From an uncultured Bacillota bacterium (GTDB lineage Bacteria > Bacillota > Clostridia > Christensenellales > Borkfalkiaceae), in the NCBI GenBank assembly GCA_949287895.1, contig CASEIS010000118.1, positions 2,808-66,807 of the forward strand: a stretch of DNA of 64,000 nucleotides, read 5' to 3'. Under the pieces are notes generated by a model. That model did no database searches. It was not told the DNA's origin and saw only the letters and a program-made list of their open reading frames with translations. The translations under genes were made by a program, and so were the position numbers. This document shows, in pieces, positions 19,437 to 28,492 of the stretch; positions within the stretch are counted from its first letter, which is position 1; each line of letters starts with the position of its first letter.

Positions 19437-20027
19437 CTAAAAGCGGCGTACCAGCCCGATCACCTTGCCGAGGATCGAGACCTCGTCGACGACGATGTCG
19501 TCCATCGTCGGGTTTTCGGGATGGAGTACATAATATCCGTCTTTTTTGAAGAAGCGCTTGACGGTCGCGCTGTCGTCGAGCAGGGCGACGACGATATCGC
19601 CGTTTTCGGCTGTCTGCTGGCGGCGGACGACGATCTTATCGCCGTCGAGGATGCCCGCGTCGATCATGCTCGTGCCCTGCACGTTGAGCATGAACAGCTC
19701 GCTGCCTGCAAAGCTCCCGGCGGGGAACGAGTAGTAGTCCTCGTAATTTTCATAGGCGAAGATGGGCTGGCCGGCCGTGACAGTACCGATGAGCGGGATG
19801 TTGACGGAGGAGCTCCGCTTGAAGCTGACTGCGCGGTTCTTATTCGGCGAACGCGAAAGCAGCCCTTCGTTCTTCAGCTTTTCGAGATAATAATAGGCGG
19901 ATGCCGTCGATTTGATGTGCAGTTCGGCGCAGATTTCGCGCACGGTAGGAGAGTAGCCGTATTCGGCATTGTACTCGTTGATATAATTCAGAACTGCCTG
20001 CATCTTGTTTCTGCTGCTCTCAGACAT
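19437..20027 (-). CDS. lexA: SOS repressor LexA
   Basis: GYSPTVREIC winged helix, VTAG cleavage site, GTSM, ATVKRF; RBS AGGAGG. Confidence 0.95.
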   Translation of the reverse strand: MSESSRNKMQAVLNYINEYNAEYGYSPTVREICAELHIKSTASAYYYLEKLKNEGLLSRSPNKNRAVSFKRSSSVNIPLIGTVTAGQPIFAYENYEDYYSFPAGSFAGSELFMLNVQGTSMIDAGILDGDKIVVRRQQTAENGDIVVALLDDSATVKRFFKKDGYYVLHPENPTMDDIVVDEVSILGKVIGLVRRF

Positions 20028-20051
20028 CGCGCATTCCTCCTGCTGTCTACC

Positions 20052-20090
20052 ATTATAACAGAAATCTTTCCGAAAAGCAAACAAATGTTT
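20052..20090 (-). promoter_or_regulatory. lexA promoter with adjoining SOS-box-like palindrome
   Basis: Minus strand TTGCTT-17-TATAAT; AAAC-AAAT-GTTT (20079-20090) resembles GAAC-N4-GTTC and touches the -35. Confidence 0.7.
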
Positions 20091-20144
20091 ATAAAATTCT
20101 TGATTATTTTTGCATAACGCGCTATAATTTGTGCGGAGGTCGGT

Positions 20145-20327
20145 ATGGAAACGCAAAAATGTGTATTGTATGACCGCGACTGCATCGGCTGCTTAGAGTG
20201 CGAGATGTGCGATCTGGATCCGAATAAGGTGTGTGATAACTGCGGCAAGTGCCTGGATATCAAAGACTTCGCGACGATCAAGATCGACAAGATCGTGGCG
20301 GACGAACCGGGCAAAGCGGGGAAATAA
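20145..20327 (+). CDS. Small Cys-rich protein (8 Cys), function unknown
   Basis: RBS GGAGG; promoter TTGATT-17-TATAAT (20100-20128); CIGCLECEMCDLDPNKVCDNCGKC. Confidence 0.7.
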   Translation: METQKCVLYDRDCIGCLECEMCDLDPNKVCDNCGKCLDIKDFATIKIDKIVADEPGKAGK

Positions 20328-20385
20328 TGGATGGTCGCGGCGTGGGGCTGCGGCGAGGCGTGCGTGGGAAACTGCGGAGGTTGCG

Positions 20386-22641
20386 ATGAAAGAGAAAAGA
20401 GCTGAAGTGTTGGCTCCCGCGGGGGATGCTGCGGCGTTGAAAGCGGCGCTTGCTGCCGGAGCGGATGCGGTCTATCTCGGCCTGCAAGATTTTTCTGCGC
20501 GCAAGTCTGCCGCCAACTTTACCGTCGAAGATCTTAGCTCTGCTACCCGCCGCGCACACGCGCTCGGCGCGAAGATCTACGTCGCCCTGAATACGCTCGT
20601 CAAGGATGAAGAACGCAATGGCTTTTTTACGAGCGCACTGCAGGCGTGGAACGCGGGTGCTGATGCGCTGATCATACAAGATCTCTTCCTTGGCCGCGAA
20701 CTGAAGGGGCTGTATCCGGAGATGGAGCTTCATCTCTCTACCCAGGCGGGCGTCTGCAATGCGGAGGGGGCGAGCCTCGCCAAAGAATGTGGCTTTACGC
20801 GCGTCATTCTCGCCCGCGAGACGCCGCTTGCCGACATCAAGCGCATCGCCGCGATCATCGAGACGGAATGTTTTGTGCAGGGCGCGCTCTGCACCTGCTT
20901 TTCGGGACAATGTTACTTTTCATCTGCCGTCGGCGGAAACAGCGGCAACCGCGGCCTGTGTAAACAGCCTTGCCGCAAGCGCTACTCCATCGACCGTGCA
21001 GGCTTTGAAAAACCCGCCTATCGCCTCTCCCTCGCCGATCTGTGCGTGGGGAAGGACATCGTAAAGCTGCTGGAGGCGGGCGTATCCTCCTTCAAGATCG
21101 AGGGGCGCATGCGTTCCGCCGCCTATGTGGGCGCCGCCGTGCGGTACTACCGCGACATCCTTGATGGAACGGGGAATTTGGCGGAAGATCTTTCCGACCT
21201 GAAACGCACCTTCAACCGCGGCAACTACACCAAGGGCTACCTCTTCGGGCAGGATCAGAATTTGCTCTCGTCTGCCATCCAGGGGCACATCGGCGAAGCT
21301 GTCGGCAAGCTCGAGGGGAAGGACAAGAGCGGGCGCTACCTGTTTGTGCGCTCCGCCTTTGTGCCGCAAGATAAAGACGGCTTCAAGATCATCCGCGGCG
21401 GCGCGGAAGAAGTGGGCGGCGCGGCCTGGCACAGCAGCTACCCGGCTGGCAAGGGCGGCTTTTATCTCCCGTTTGACGCAAAATACCGCCGCGGTGACGA
21501 TGTTTGCCTGACGCTGGACAACGCGCTCGCAGTGCGCATCGAAAGCCGCCGCCGCACGGCTGAAGTGCGGCTTCGCATCGCGATGCGTGCCGGGGAACCG
21601 CTGCGCGTCACGGCGTGCGGCAGCTTCGGCGAGTACAGCGCGCAGTCTCCCTTTACAGCCGAGATCTCGCGCAACCGTCCGACGACGGCAGAAGATCTCG
21701 CCGATTGCTTTGCGAAGGTAGACGGCCTGCCCGTCAGCGTCCGCTTTGACGAGGTCTGTGCGGACGGGCAGAGCTTTGCCGTGCGTTCGCAGCTGAACGC
21801 ATTCCGCCGCGCGGTGTGGGCGGACATCTACGAGCGCCTCTCAGCGACGCATCCGCCGCTGGAGGACCGCGGCTTTCCCTCGCATCCCGCGTTTGCGGCG
21901 GAGCCGGCGCAGGGGAAGATCGCCGTCATCGACCGCGATTTTTCGGCGCCCTGCTACCGGGGTCGGATGCTCGATTATGCCATCTTTGACCCTGTCGACT
22001 GCAATAATCAGGGGAATATTCGCGATTTTTTGGAAAATGCGAAGTACTATGCCAGGCATAAATACCTCTATCTACCAGCATACTGCACGGGCGAAGATCT
22101 GAAGCTGTACGAGCCGCTGCTGCCGCTGTTTGACGGCATCTACGCGGACGGATATTATGCGCTGCGGCTGTGCCGCGAAAACAATATCCCTCTCTTTGCA
22201 GGGACGGGAATGAACCTCTTCAACCGCGCCGACGCGCTCGGTGCGCTTGGTGCGGGCGCGGGAGAGATCGCGCTCTCCAAGGAGCTATCTCTGACCGAGA
22301 TCGGGGCGATCGGCGTCCCGTCCGCCTTTGTATTTGCGGGCGGGCGGACGCGGCTGATGGACCTCGGGCATTGTCCGTTCGGGAAGCGCTGCGTATCCTG
22401 CGACCGCACCGTCGACCGCTATACGCTGCGCGATGAGGCCGGGCGGGAATTTCCGCTGCTGCGCGCAGAGCGCTCCGCCTGCCGCTTTACCGTCTACAAC
22501 TGCGTCCCGCTGCGCGTCGATTGCGGCGGCAATAAGCTGTTCGATCTGAGCGCCTCGACGCCGGAAGAAAAGGAGCGCATCCTCTCCGGAACCGGGGGCG
22601 GCGCGTTCACGGCAGGGGCATCTAAAAAAGGAATTTATTGA
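20386..22641 (+). CDS. Peptidase U32 family protein (RlhA-like Fe-S RNA hydroxylation protein)
   Basis: EVLAPAG, GADAVYLG, HLSTQ, LARE, LCTCFSGQC, NRGLCKQPCR, FKIEGRM. Confidence 0.85.
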   Translation: MKEKRAEVLAPAGDAAALKAALAAGADAVYLGLQDFSARKSAANFTVEDLSSATRRAHALGAKIYVALNTLVKDEERNGFFTSALQAWNAGADALIIQDLFLGRELKGLYPEMELHLSTQAGVCNAEGASLAKECGFTRVILARETPLADIKRIAAIIETECFVQGALCTCFSGQCYFSSAVGGNSGNRGLCKQPCRKRYSIDRAGFEKPAYRLSLADLCVGKDIVKLLEAGVSSFKIEGRMRSAAYVGAAVRYYRDILDGTGNLAEDLSDLKRTFNRGNYTKGYLFGQDQNLLSSAIQGHIGEAVGKLEGKDKSGRYLFVRSAFVPQDKDGFKIIRGGAEEVGGAAWHSSYPAGKGGFYLPFDAKYRRGDDVCLTLDNALAVRIESRRRTAEVRLRIAMRAGEPLRVTACGSFGEYSAQSPFTAEISRNRPTTAEDLADCFAKVDGLPVSVRFDEVCADGQSFAVRSQLNAFRRAVWADIYERLSATHPPLEDRGFPSHPAFAAEPAQGKIAVIDRDFSAPCYRGRMLDYAIFDPVDCNNQGNIRDFLENAKYYARHKYLYLPAYCTGEDLKLYEPLLPLFDGIYADGYYALRLCRENNIPLFAGTGMNLFNRADALGALGAGAGEIALSKELSLTEIGAIGVPSAFVFAGGRTRLMDLGHCPFGKRCVSCDRTVDRYTLRDEAGREFPLLRAERSACRFTVYNCVPLRVDCGGNKLFDLSASTPEEKERILSGTGGGAFTAGASKKGIY
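22036..22064 (-). repeat. 29-bp dispersed motif, copy 5 (inside CDS)
   Basis: Minus strand TATTTATGCCTGGCATAGTACTTCGCATT. Confidence 0.65.
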
Positions 22642-22669
22642 GTACTTTGGTACTCTGTGTGTTTGAATT

Positions 22670-25039
22670 ATGGAAAACGCGATCCTGAAAAAATTGGAAC
22701 TGAATAAGGTGCTCGCGAGCGTCGCGAGCTATGCCGTGTTGGATGAAACAAAGGACAAGATCTGTGCCATGCAGCCGAGCACAGACCTGCAGGAGGTCGC
22801 GGCCATGCAGGAACTGACGGCCGAGGCGGACGCCGCACTCTTCCGCTACGGCGTCGGGCGCATCGAGTGCTTTCCGCCCCAGCGCGACGAATTGGATCGC
22901 GCGCAGAAGGGGGCTTCGCTCTCCTGTGCCGAGCTCCTCTCAGCGGCGGCGCTGCTGCGCTCCGCGCGCGTCGCTTTCCGCTCTGTACAGGGGTTGCCCG
23001 AGGAGAGTTCGGTGCGCCTGCGTGAGATCGCGTCCGGCATCTATTTCGACGAAGCGCTCGAAAAGGATATTACCGACAAGATCCTCGGCGAGGACGAAGT
23101 GAGCGACTATGCGAGCGACGCGCTGCTGAATATCCGCCGTTCCATCCGCTCCCTTAACGAGCGCATCCGCGCCAAGCTCGGCGAGTATCTGAGCGGCGAA
23201 GGCGCCAAATACCTGCAGGATGCGATCGTCACCATGCGCGACAACCGCTACGTCCTGCCCGTGCGCGCCGAGCACAAGGGGAAGATCCGCGGCTTCGTGC
23301 ACGACCGCTCGGCGAGCGGCGCGACCTTTTTCATCGAGCCGGAACAGATCCTCGACATGAACAACGAGCTGCGCGAATTGGCGGCGGCGGAAAAGGAGGA
23401 GATCGAGCGCATCTTGGCGCAGCTGTCTCACCGCGTCGGCGGCATGGCCGAGCAGCTGCGCGGCGACATCGAACGGCTGTGCGAGATAGACTCCGCCTAC
23501 GCGAAGGCGGAGTACTCATATAAGACCAAGTGCACGCAGCCCCGCCTCAACGATGCGGGCGTGCTGCGCATCGAAAAGGGGCGGCACCCGCTGCTAGACC
23601 CCAAGACAGCCGTGCCCGTCTCCCTCGCCTTTGGCAAAGGGGATCGATTTTTGCTCATTTCCGGCCCGAATACGGGCGGCAAGACGGTCACGCTGAAGAT
23701 GTGCGGCCTGTTCTGCATGATGGCCTGCTGCGGGCTCTTCCTTCCTGCAGCGGAGGGGACAGAGGTCGCCGTGTTCGGGCAGATCTTCTGCGACATCGGC
23801 GACGCGCAGTCGATCGAAGAAAACTTGTCCACCTTTTCTTCGCATATCCGCAATATCATCGGCATCCTCGAGCGCGCCGATGCGGGCAGCCTCGTCCTCA
23901 TCGACGAGCTCGGCGGCGGAACGGACCCCGACGAGGGTCAGGCGCTCGCCAAGGCGATCTTGTCCGAGCTGCTGCGGCGGGGCTGCCGCGGTATCGTCAC
24001 GACGCACTATACCTCCCTCAAGGAGTTTGCTTATGCGACGGACGGCATCGAAAACGCGAGCATGGAGTTTGACATGAACACGCTGCAGCCGCTCTATCAC
24101 ATCGACCTGGGCGTGCCGGGCAGCAGCAACGCCATCGCCATTTCTCGGCGATTGGGGCTTTCAGAAAGAGTATTGCAGGATGCCGTCGCAAATCTTTCGG
24201 AGGGCGGTCAGAAATTTGAAAATATCCTGCGCACCGCCGAACAGAGCCGCATCGAGGCGGACGAGGCCAAAAAGCAGGCCGATCGGCTGAAGGCAGAGTG
24301 GAGTGCAAAACTCGCCGAGGTGGATGCCGAGCGCGAAAAGCTGAAAAAAGAGCGCGAGAAGCTGTTTTCGACGGCGAAGATGGAGAGTCGCCGCATCGTG
24401 CACGAGCGGACGGAGCAGGCGGAGGCGCTGCTTGCCGAGATCGAGGAAGTCGCAAAAAAGAAGGAGCTGACGGAAGCCGACCTCATTCGCGCGCGCACGC
24501 TCAAAAACAAACTGGCCGACAAGGCGTATGACACGGCGCGCGAGGAGGAAGAAAGGCCGACGGGTGCGCGCATTTCCGTCAAAGATCTGCACATCGGAGA
24601 CCGCGTATTCGTGCAGGCGATCGGTTCGGTCGGCGAAGTGCTCTCCGTCAACGAAAAAAAGAAGGAGGCGGAGGTGCTCGTCGGCAGTATGCACATCAAT
24701 GTCAAAGAAAAGGACTTGTTCGGCGTGACCGGCAGCGCGCGCAAAAAGGAGCGCGACCGCGTGCAAGTCGTGCGCAAGACAGAGCCCGTTGCGGCCGTGC
24801 AGACGGAGATCAATCTCTTGGGGATGACCGTCCCGGAAGCCATCCAGGAAGTGGACCAATTTATCGACAAAGCGGTGCTCGCCGGGTTGGAAGAGGTCAA
24901 GATCATCCACGGCGTCGGCACCGGAAAGCTCAAAGAGGGGATCCGCCGCCATCTGCGCGAGATGCGAAATGTGCAGGAATTCCGCGCCGGCGCTTACGGC
25001 GAAGGCGCCGCCGGCGTCACCATCGTCAAACTGCGCTGA
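22670..25039 (+). CDS. mutS2: MutS2 (endonuclease / ribosome collision factor)
   Basis: GRHPLL, SGPNTGGKT, DIGDAQSIEENLSTFSSH, DELGGGTDP, C-terminal Smr domain IIHGVGTG. Confidence 0.95.
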   Translation: MENAILKKLELNKVLASVASYAVLDETKDKICAMQPSTDLQEVAAMQELTAEADAALFRYGVGRIECFPPQRDELDRAQKGASLSCAELLSAAALLRSARVAFRSVQGLPEESSVRLREIASGIYFDEALEKDITDKILGEDEVSDYASDALLNIRRSIRSLNERIRAKLGEYLSGEGAKYLQDAIVTMRDNRYVLPVRAEHKGKIRGFVHDRSASGATFFIEPEQILDMNNELRELAAAEKEEIERILAQLSHRVGGMAEQLRGDIERLCEIDSAYAKAEYSYKTKCTQPRLNDAGVLRIEKGRHPLLDPKTAVPVSLAFGKGDRFLLISGPNTGGKTVTLKMCGLFCMMACCGLFLPAAEGTEVAVFGQIFCDIGDAQSIEENLSTFSSHIRNIIGILERADAGSLVLIDELGGGTDPDEGQALAKAILSELLRRGCRGIVTTHYTSLKEFAYATDGIENASMEFDMNTLQPLYHIDLGVPGSSNAIAISRRLGLSERVLQDAVANLSEGGQKFENILRTAEQSRIEADEAKKQADRLKAEWSAKLAEVDAEREKLKKEREKLFSTAKMESRRIVHERTEQAEALLAEIEEVAKKKELTEADLIRARTLKNKLADKAYDTAREEEERPTGARISVKDLHIGDRVFVQAIGSVGEVLSVNEKKKEAEVLVGSMHINVKEKDLFGVTGSARKKERDRVQVVRKTEPVAAVQTEINLLGMTVPEAIQEVDQFIDKAVLAGLEEVKIIHGVGTGKLKEGIRRHLREMRNVQEFRAGAYGEGAAGVTIVKLR

Positions 25040-25157
25040 AGGCGGGCGGCCGCAGCTTCCGCGCGCGGCCGGACGATGGACAAAGGCGGAGAGCATAACT
25101 TTCCTTTCCCGTTCATACATTGACTTGATCGATGTGTTAGACGGGAGGTAGGATGAC

Positions 25158-25874
25158 TTGAAACGCTCCTCGAAAGTTGCCCTCATCACCAACCTTTGCT
25201 TGGCCGGCTTGCTGCTGATCGTGGGAACGGTGTGTTTTTATCCCTTCGATATTTCGACGGCGGGAAAGCCGACCGATCGCGTCTATTATGCGGGAAACCG
25301 GGAAAGCGCGTACGTTTCTCTCATGTTCAACGTCTATTGGGGGACGGAATATATCCCGGCCATCCTCGATACTTTGGATGAATATGGCGTCAAAACGACC
25401 TTTTTTATCGGCGGAAGCTGGGCAGACGATCATGCCGAAACGCTGCGCGAGATCGTACGGCGCGGGCATGAATTGGGCAACCACGGTTATTTTCATAAAG
25501 ATCCGGACAAACTTTCGTATGAACAGAACCGCGAGGAGATCCGCCTGTGCGGCGAGCTTGTCGAAATGCTGACCGAACAGACGATGACGCTCTTTGCGCC
25601 CCCGTCAGGCGCCTATTCGGACGCGGCGGTCGATGCGGCCGAGGACCTCGGGTACAAGGTCATTTTGTGGTCAAAGGATACGATCGACTGGCGCGACCAC
25701 GACAGCGCGCTCATTTTTGACCGCGCGGCGGACGTGCGGGGTGGCGACCTCGTTTTGATGCACCCGACCAAAGAGACGGCGGCGGCGCTGCCGTCCGTCT
25801 TGCAACATTATAAAGACAGCGGCCTCGAGCCAGTGCCTGTATCCGTCAATATCGGCGGTGCGGTGCTTGGCTGA
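25158..25874 (+). CDS. Polysaccharide deacetylase family protein (YlxY/PdaB-like)
   Basis: N-terminal TM, SLMFNVYWG, HELGNHG, LFAPPSG, LMHPT; precedes an M16 peptidase. Confidence 0.8.
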   Translation: MKRSSKVALITNLCLAGLLLIVGTVCFYPFDISTAGKPTDRVYYAGNRESAYVSLMFNVYWGTEYIPAILDTLDEYGVKTTFFIGGSWADDHAETLREIVRRGHELGNHGYFHKDPDKLSYEQNREEIRLCGELVEMLTEQTMTLFAPPSGAYSDAAVDAAEDLGYKVILWSKDTIDWRDHDSALIFDRAADVRGGDLVLMHPTKETAAALPSVLQHYKDSGLEPVPVSVNIGGAVLG

Positions 25875-25910
25875 GGCGCGCGGCAATAATTTCACCATTG
25901 GAGTAAAGAC

Positions 25911-27164
25911 ATGGATCTGGTTTACAGCAAAAAATTTCTGAGCGGGCTGCGGCTCGTCGTCAAAAAGATGGATGGACTTTTGTCAGTGAGTATGGGGGTG
26001 CTCGTCGGGACGGGATCGTGTTACGAGACCGCCGCCGAAAACGGCATTTCTCATTACATCGAACACATGATGTTCAAGGGAACGCAAAAGAGGACTTCTT
26101 TTGAGATCTCGGATGCAATGGACCGCATCGGGGCGCAGGTCAATGCGTTTACGTCGAAAGACCTGACTTGTTACTATGCGAAGTCGACGACTGAACACGC
26201 GGGCGAGGCATTTGAGATCTTGTCTGATTTTGTCATGCATTCGACCTTTCCTGAAGATGAGATGGAACGCGAAAAGGGGGTCGTCCTCGAAGAGATCGCC
26301 ATGACGGAGGATACGCCGGACGACCTTTGCCTGGATGTGCTCGCCGAAGCGTATTTCGGGAAAGAGAGCTATGGCCGCCCCATTTTGGGCCCTGCCGAAA
26401 ATGTGCGCCGATTTACCCGCCGTGAGCTGTTCGATTATATCGCAGAGCGCTATAATCCCGAAAATATGGTCGTGTCCTTTGCGGGCAATATTGACCCGCA
26501 CGAGGCGGAGGCGCTTGTCGGGCAATATCTCGAGCCGGAACTGCAAAAGCGCAACTATGTTCCGCGCCAAAAGGTGATCGTGCAGTGCGAACAAAGCCTC
26601 GTGCGCACCAAAGATATCGAGCAGGTACACATCGCCTTTGCCTATCCGTCGCTCCCGCGCGAGGACAAGCGCATGGACGCCGCGCTCATCGTCAATACCG
26701 TACTCGGCGGGGGAATGAGTTCGCGCCTGTTCCAGCGCGTACGCGAACAGCTCGGCCTCGCCTATACCGTCTATTCGTACATCTCTTCCTTTACAGAAGG
26801 AGGTATTTTGACCGTGTATGCGGGCGTCAATCCTTCGAATGTACAGAAGGCATGTGAAGCCATTTTTGAGACGATCGAGGCTCTCCGCAAGGATAAAATC
26901 ACGGCGGAGGAATTTAAGAGGGGAAAGGAGCAGCTGAAATCTTCCCTGATCCTCGCGCAAGAGAATACAGCATCGCAGATGATCGCATACGGAAAATATA
27001 TGCTCTATAACGATGCGCTGCTCGATCTCGAAAAGCGGGTTGAAAAAATCGGCGCACTGACGCAGGACGACTGCGCCGAGGCGCTTGCCTGCAACTTTGA
27101 TCCGACGAAAATGGCGGCTGCCGCTGTCGGCAAAATTGAGAAACCTATCGCGCTTGACCGTTAA
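25911..27164 (+). CDS. M16 (pitrilysin) family zinc peptidase
   Basis: HYIEHMMFKGT (HxxEH), NAFTS, GGGMSSRLFQ.VRE. Confidence 0.92.
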   Translation: MDLVYSKKFLSGLRLVVKKMDGLLSVSMGVLVGTGSCYETAAENGISHYIEHMMFKGTQKRTSFEISDAMDRIGAQVNAFTSKDLTCYYAKSTTEHAGEAFEILSDFVMHSTFPEDEMEREKGVVLEEIAMTEDTPDDLCLDVLAEAYFGKESYGRPILGPAENVRRFTRRELFDYIAERYNPENMVVSFAGNIDPHEAEALVGQYLEPELQKRNYVPRQKVIVQCEQSLVRTKDIEQVHIAFAYPSLPREDKRMDAALIVNTVLGGGMSSRLFQRVREQLGLAYTVYSYISSFTEGGILTVYAGVNPSNVQKACEAIFETIEALRKDKITAEEFKRGKEQLKSSLILAQENTASQMIAYGKYMLYNDALLDLEKRVEKIGALTQDDCAEALACNFDPTKMAAAAVGKIEKPIALDR

Positions 27165-27194
27165 AATCGATCGATATATCGCATTTTTTGCACG

Positions 27195-27223
27195 TTTGCA
27201 TAGTACTATGTCTGACAAAATTT
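27195..27223 (-). repeat. 29-bp dispersed motif, copy 6
   Basis: Minus strand AAATTTTGTCAGACATAGTACTATGCAAA; contains the ATG at 27208. Confidence 0.85.
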
Positions 27224-27714
27224 TCGGATTTTCGCCTGTTTTCGACGAACACAGCCGCGTGCTCATTTTAGGAAGCTTTCCATCTGTTCAAAGCCGCAAG
27301 GTGGATTTTTATTACGGCAACAAGCAAAACCGCTTTTGGCCGATGCTCGGGCGTTATTTCGGGGAAAGGATCGAAGAGGGGCGGTCGTGGCGGCGCGATT
27401 TTGTCTTGCGGCACGGCGTCGCGCTTTGGGATATCGTCGTTGCCTGCAATATCCGCGGCTCGTCTGACGCGAGCATTCGTGATTACGAGATCGCCGACCT
27501 CGACGAAGTGCTGCGCACCGCGCCCGTCGAATGCATTTTGCTGAACGGCGCGATGGCGCACCGCTTCTTTTGCGAGCGGTACGCCGCGGTCGGGATCCCG
27601 TTTATAAGGATGCCTTCGACCAGCCCGGCCAACCCGCGCTATCGGGAAGCGGAGTGGTTTGCCGCGTTGGACGCAGTCTTTGCCCGCGGCAAAGCAGTGG
27701 AGAGCAACATATGA
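27208..27714 (+). CDS. DNA-deoxyinosine glycosylase (UDG superfamily)
   Basis: LILGSFPS, FYYGNKQNRFW, ALWD, GSSDASI, MPSTSPAN. Confidence 0.85.
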   Translation: MSDKIFGFSPVFDEHSRVLILGSFPSVQSRKVDFYYGNKQNRFWPMLGRYFGERIEEGRSWRRDFVLRHGVALWDIVVACNIRGSSDASIRDYEIADLDEVLRTAPVECILLNGAMAHRFFCERYAAVGIPFIRMPSTSPANPRYREAEWFAALDAVFARGKAVESNI

Positions 27715-28409
27715 AAAATTACGACGCGATCGTCGCCGACCTGCGCTCGATGCGCGACGAAACATACCGCGCGTTCAACGAGCGCATCGCCAATATACCT
27801 GCGGGCAGCAGCATCGGTGTACGCACGCCGGCGCTGCGCGCCTATGCGAAGGAGCTCGTGCGGGCGGAGGGTTTTTCGCTCGGCGAGCTCTTCTCCTTTC
27901 CGAACGATATCTACGAGATCCGCCTGCTGCAATGCCTCGGCGTCGGTTATTGCAAGATACCTTTCGGCGAGCGTGCCGATTGGATCCGCCGCGCCGTCTC
28001 CATCATCGACGGTTGGTCCGTCTGTGACCTGTTATGCTCGACGCTGCGCATCCCGAAGGCCGCAAAACAGTCTTTTTTGACAGAAATAGAGTATTATGTC
28101 AGACATGGATCGGAGTTTTCGCAGCGTTTTGCCTACGTGATGCTGCTCGGCAACTATGTCGACGAAGCACATCTATCCTTTATTTTTTCTGCGCTTGACC
28201 GAGCCGAAACAAAATTTTACTATACCCATATGGGGGCGGCATGGCTGCTGTGCGAGGTGCTTGTCAAGTTTTACGAAGCGGGCGTCGCCTATCTGAAGGA
28301 GGGTGCGCTCGATGCTGCGACCAAACGCAAGGCGATCCAAAAGGCTTGTGAGAGCTTTCGACTGACCGCCGAGCAAAAAAACTTTCTGAAACTTTTGAAA
28401 AAGGGATGA
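27711..28409 (+). CDS. DNA alkylation repair protein (AlkD-like)
   Basis: GVRTPALR, IDGWSVCD, YYTHMGAAW, AIQKACESFR; ATGA overlap with the upstream gene. Confidence 0.82.
   Translation: MKNYDAIVADLRSMRDETYRAFNERIANIPAGSSIGVRTPALRAYAKELVRAEGFSLGELFSFPNDIYEIRLLQCLGVGYCKIPFGERADWIRRAVSIIDGWSVCDLLCSTLRIPKAAKQSFLTEIEYYVRHGSEFSQRFAYVMLLGNYVDEAHLSFIFSALDRAETKFYYTHMGAAWLLCEVLVKFYEAGVAYLKEGALDAATKRKAIQKACESFRLTAEQKNFLKLLKKG
28083..28111 (-). repeat. 29-bp dispersed motif, copy 7 (inside CDS, core variant)
   Basis: Minus strand GATCCATGTCTGACATAATACTCTATTTC. Confidence 0.6.
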
Positions 28410-28492
28410 AAATCCAAAAAAAGTGTGGTACAATATGACAGATGCGGTCATTTGTACCGCAGAAGCATTACAATTCACATACGGAGAGAATC

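Noticed and set aside
22638-22668. Possible twelfth motif copy (GAGTACTTTGGTACTCTGTGTG) before mutS2
   Set aside because: Only the central part matches and both outer half-sites are poor, so it was not counted.
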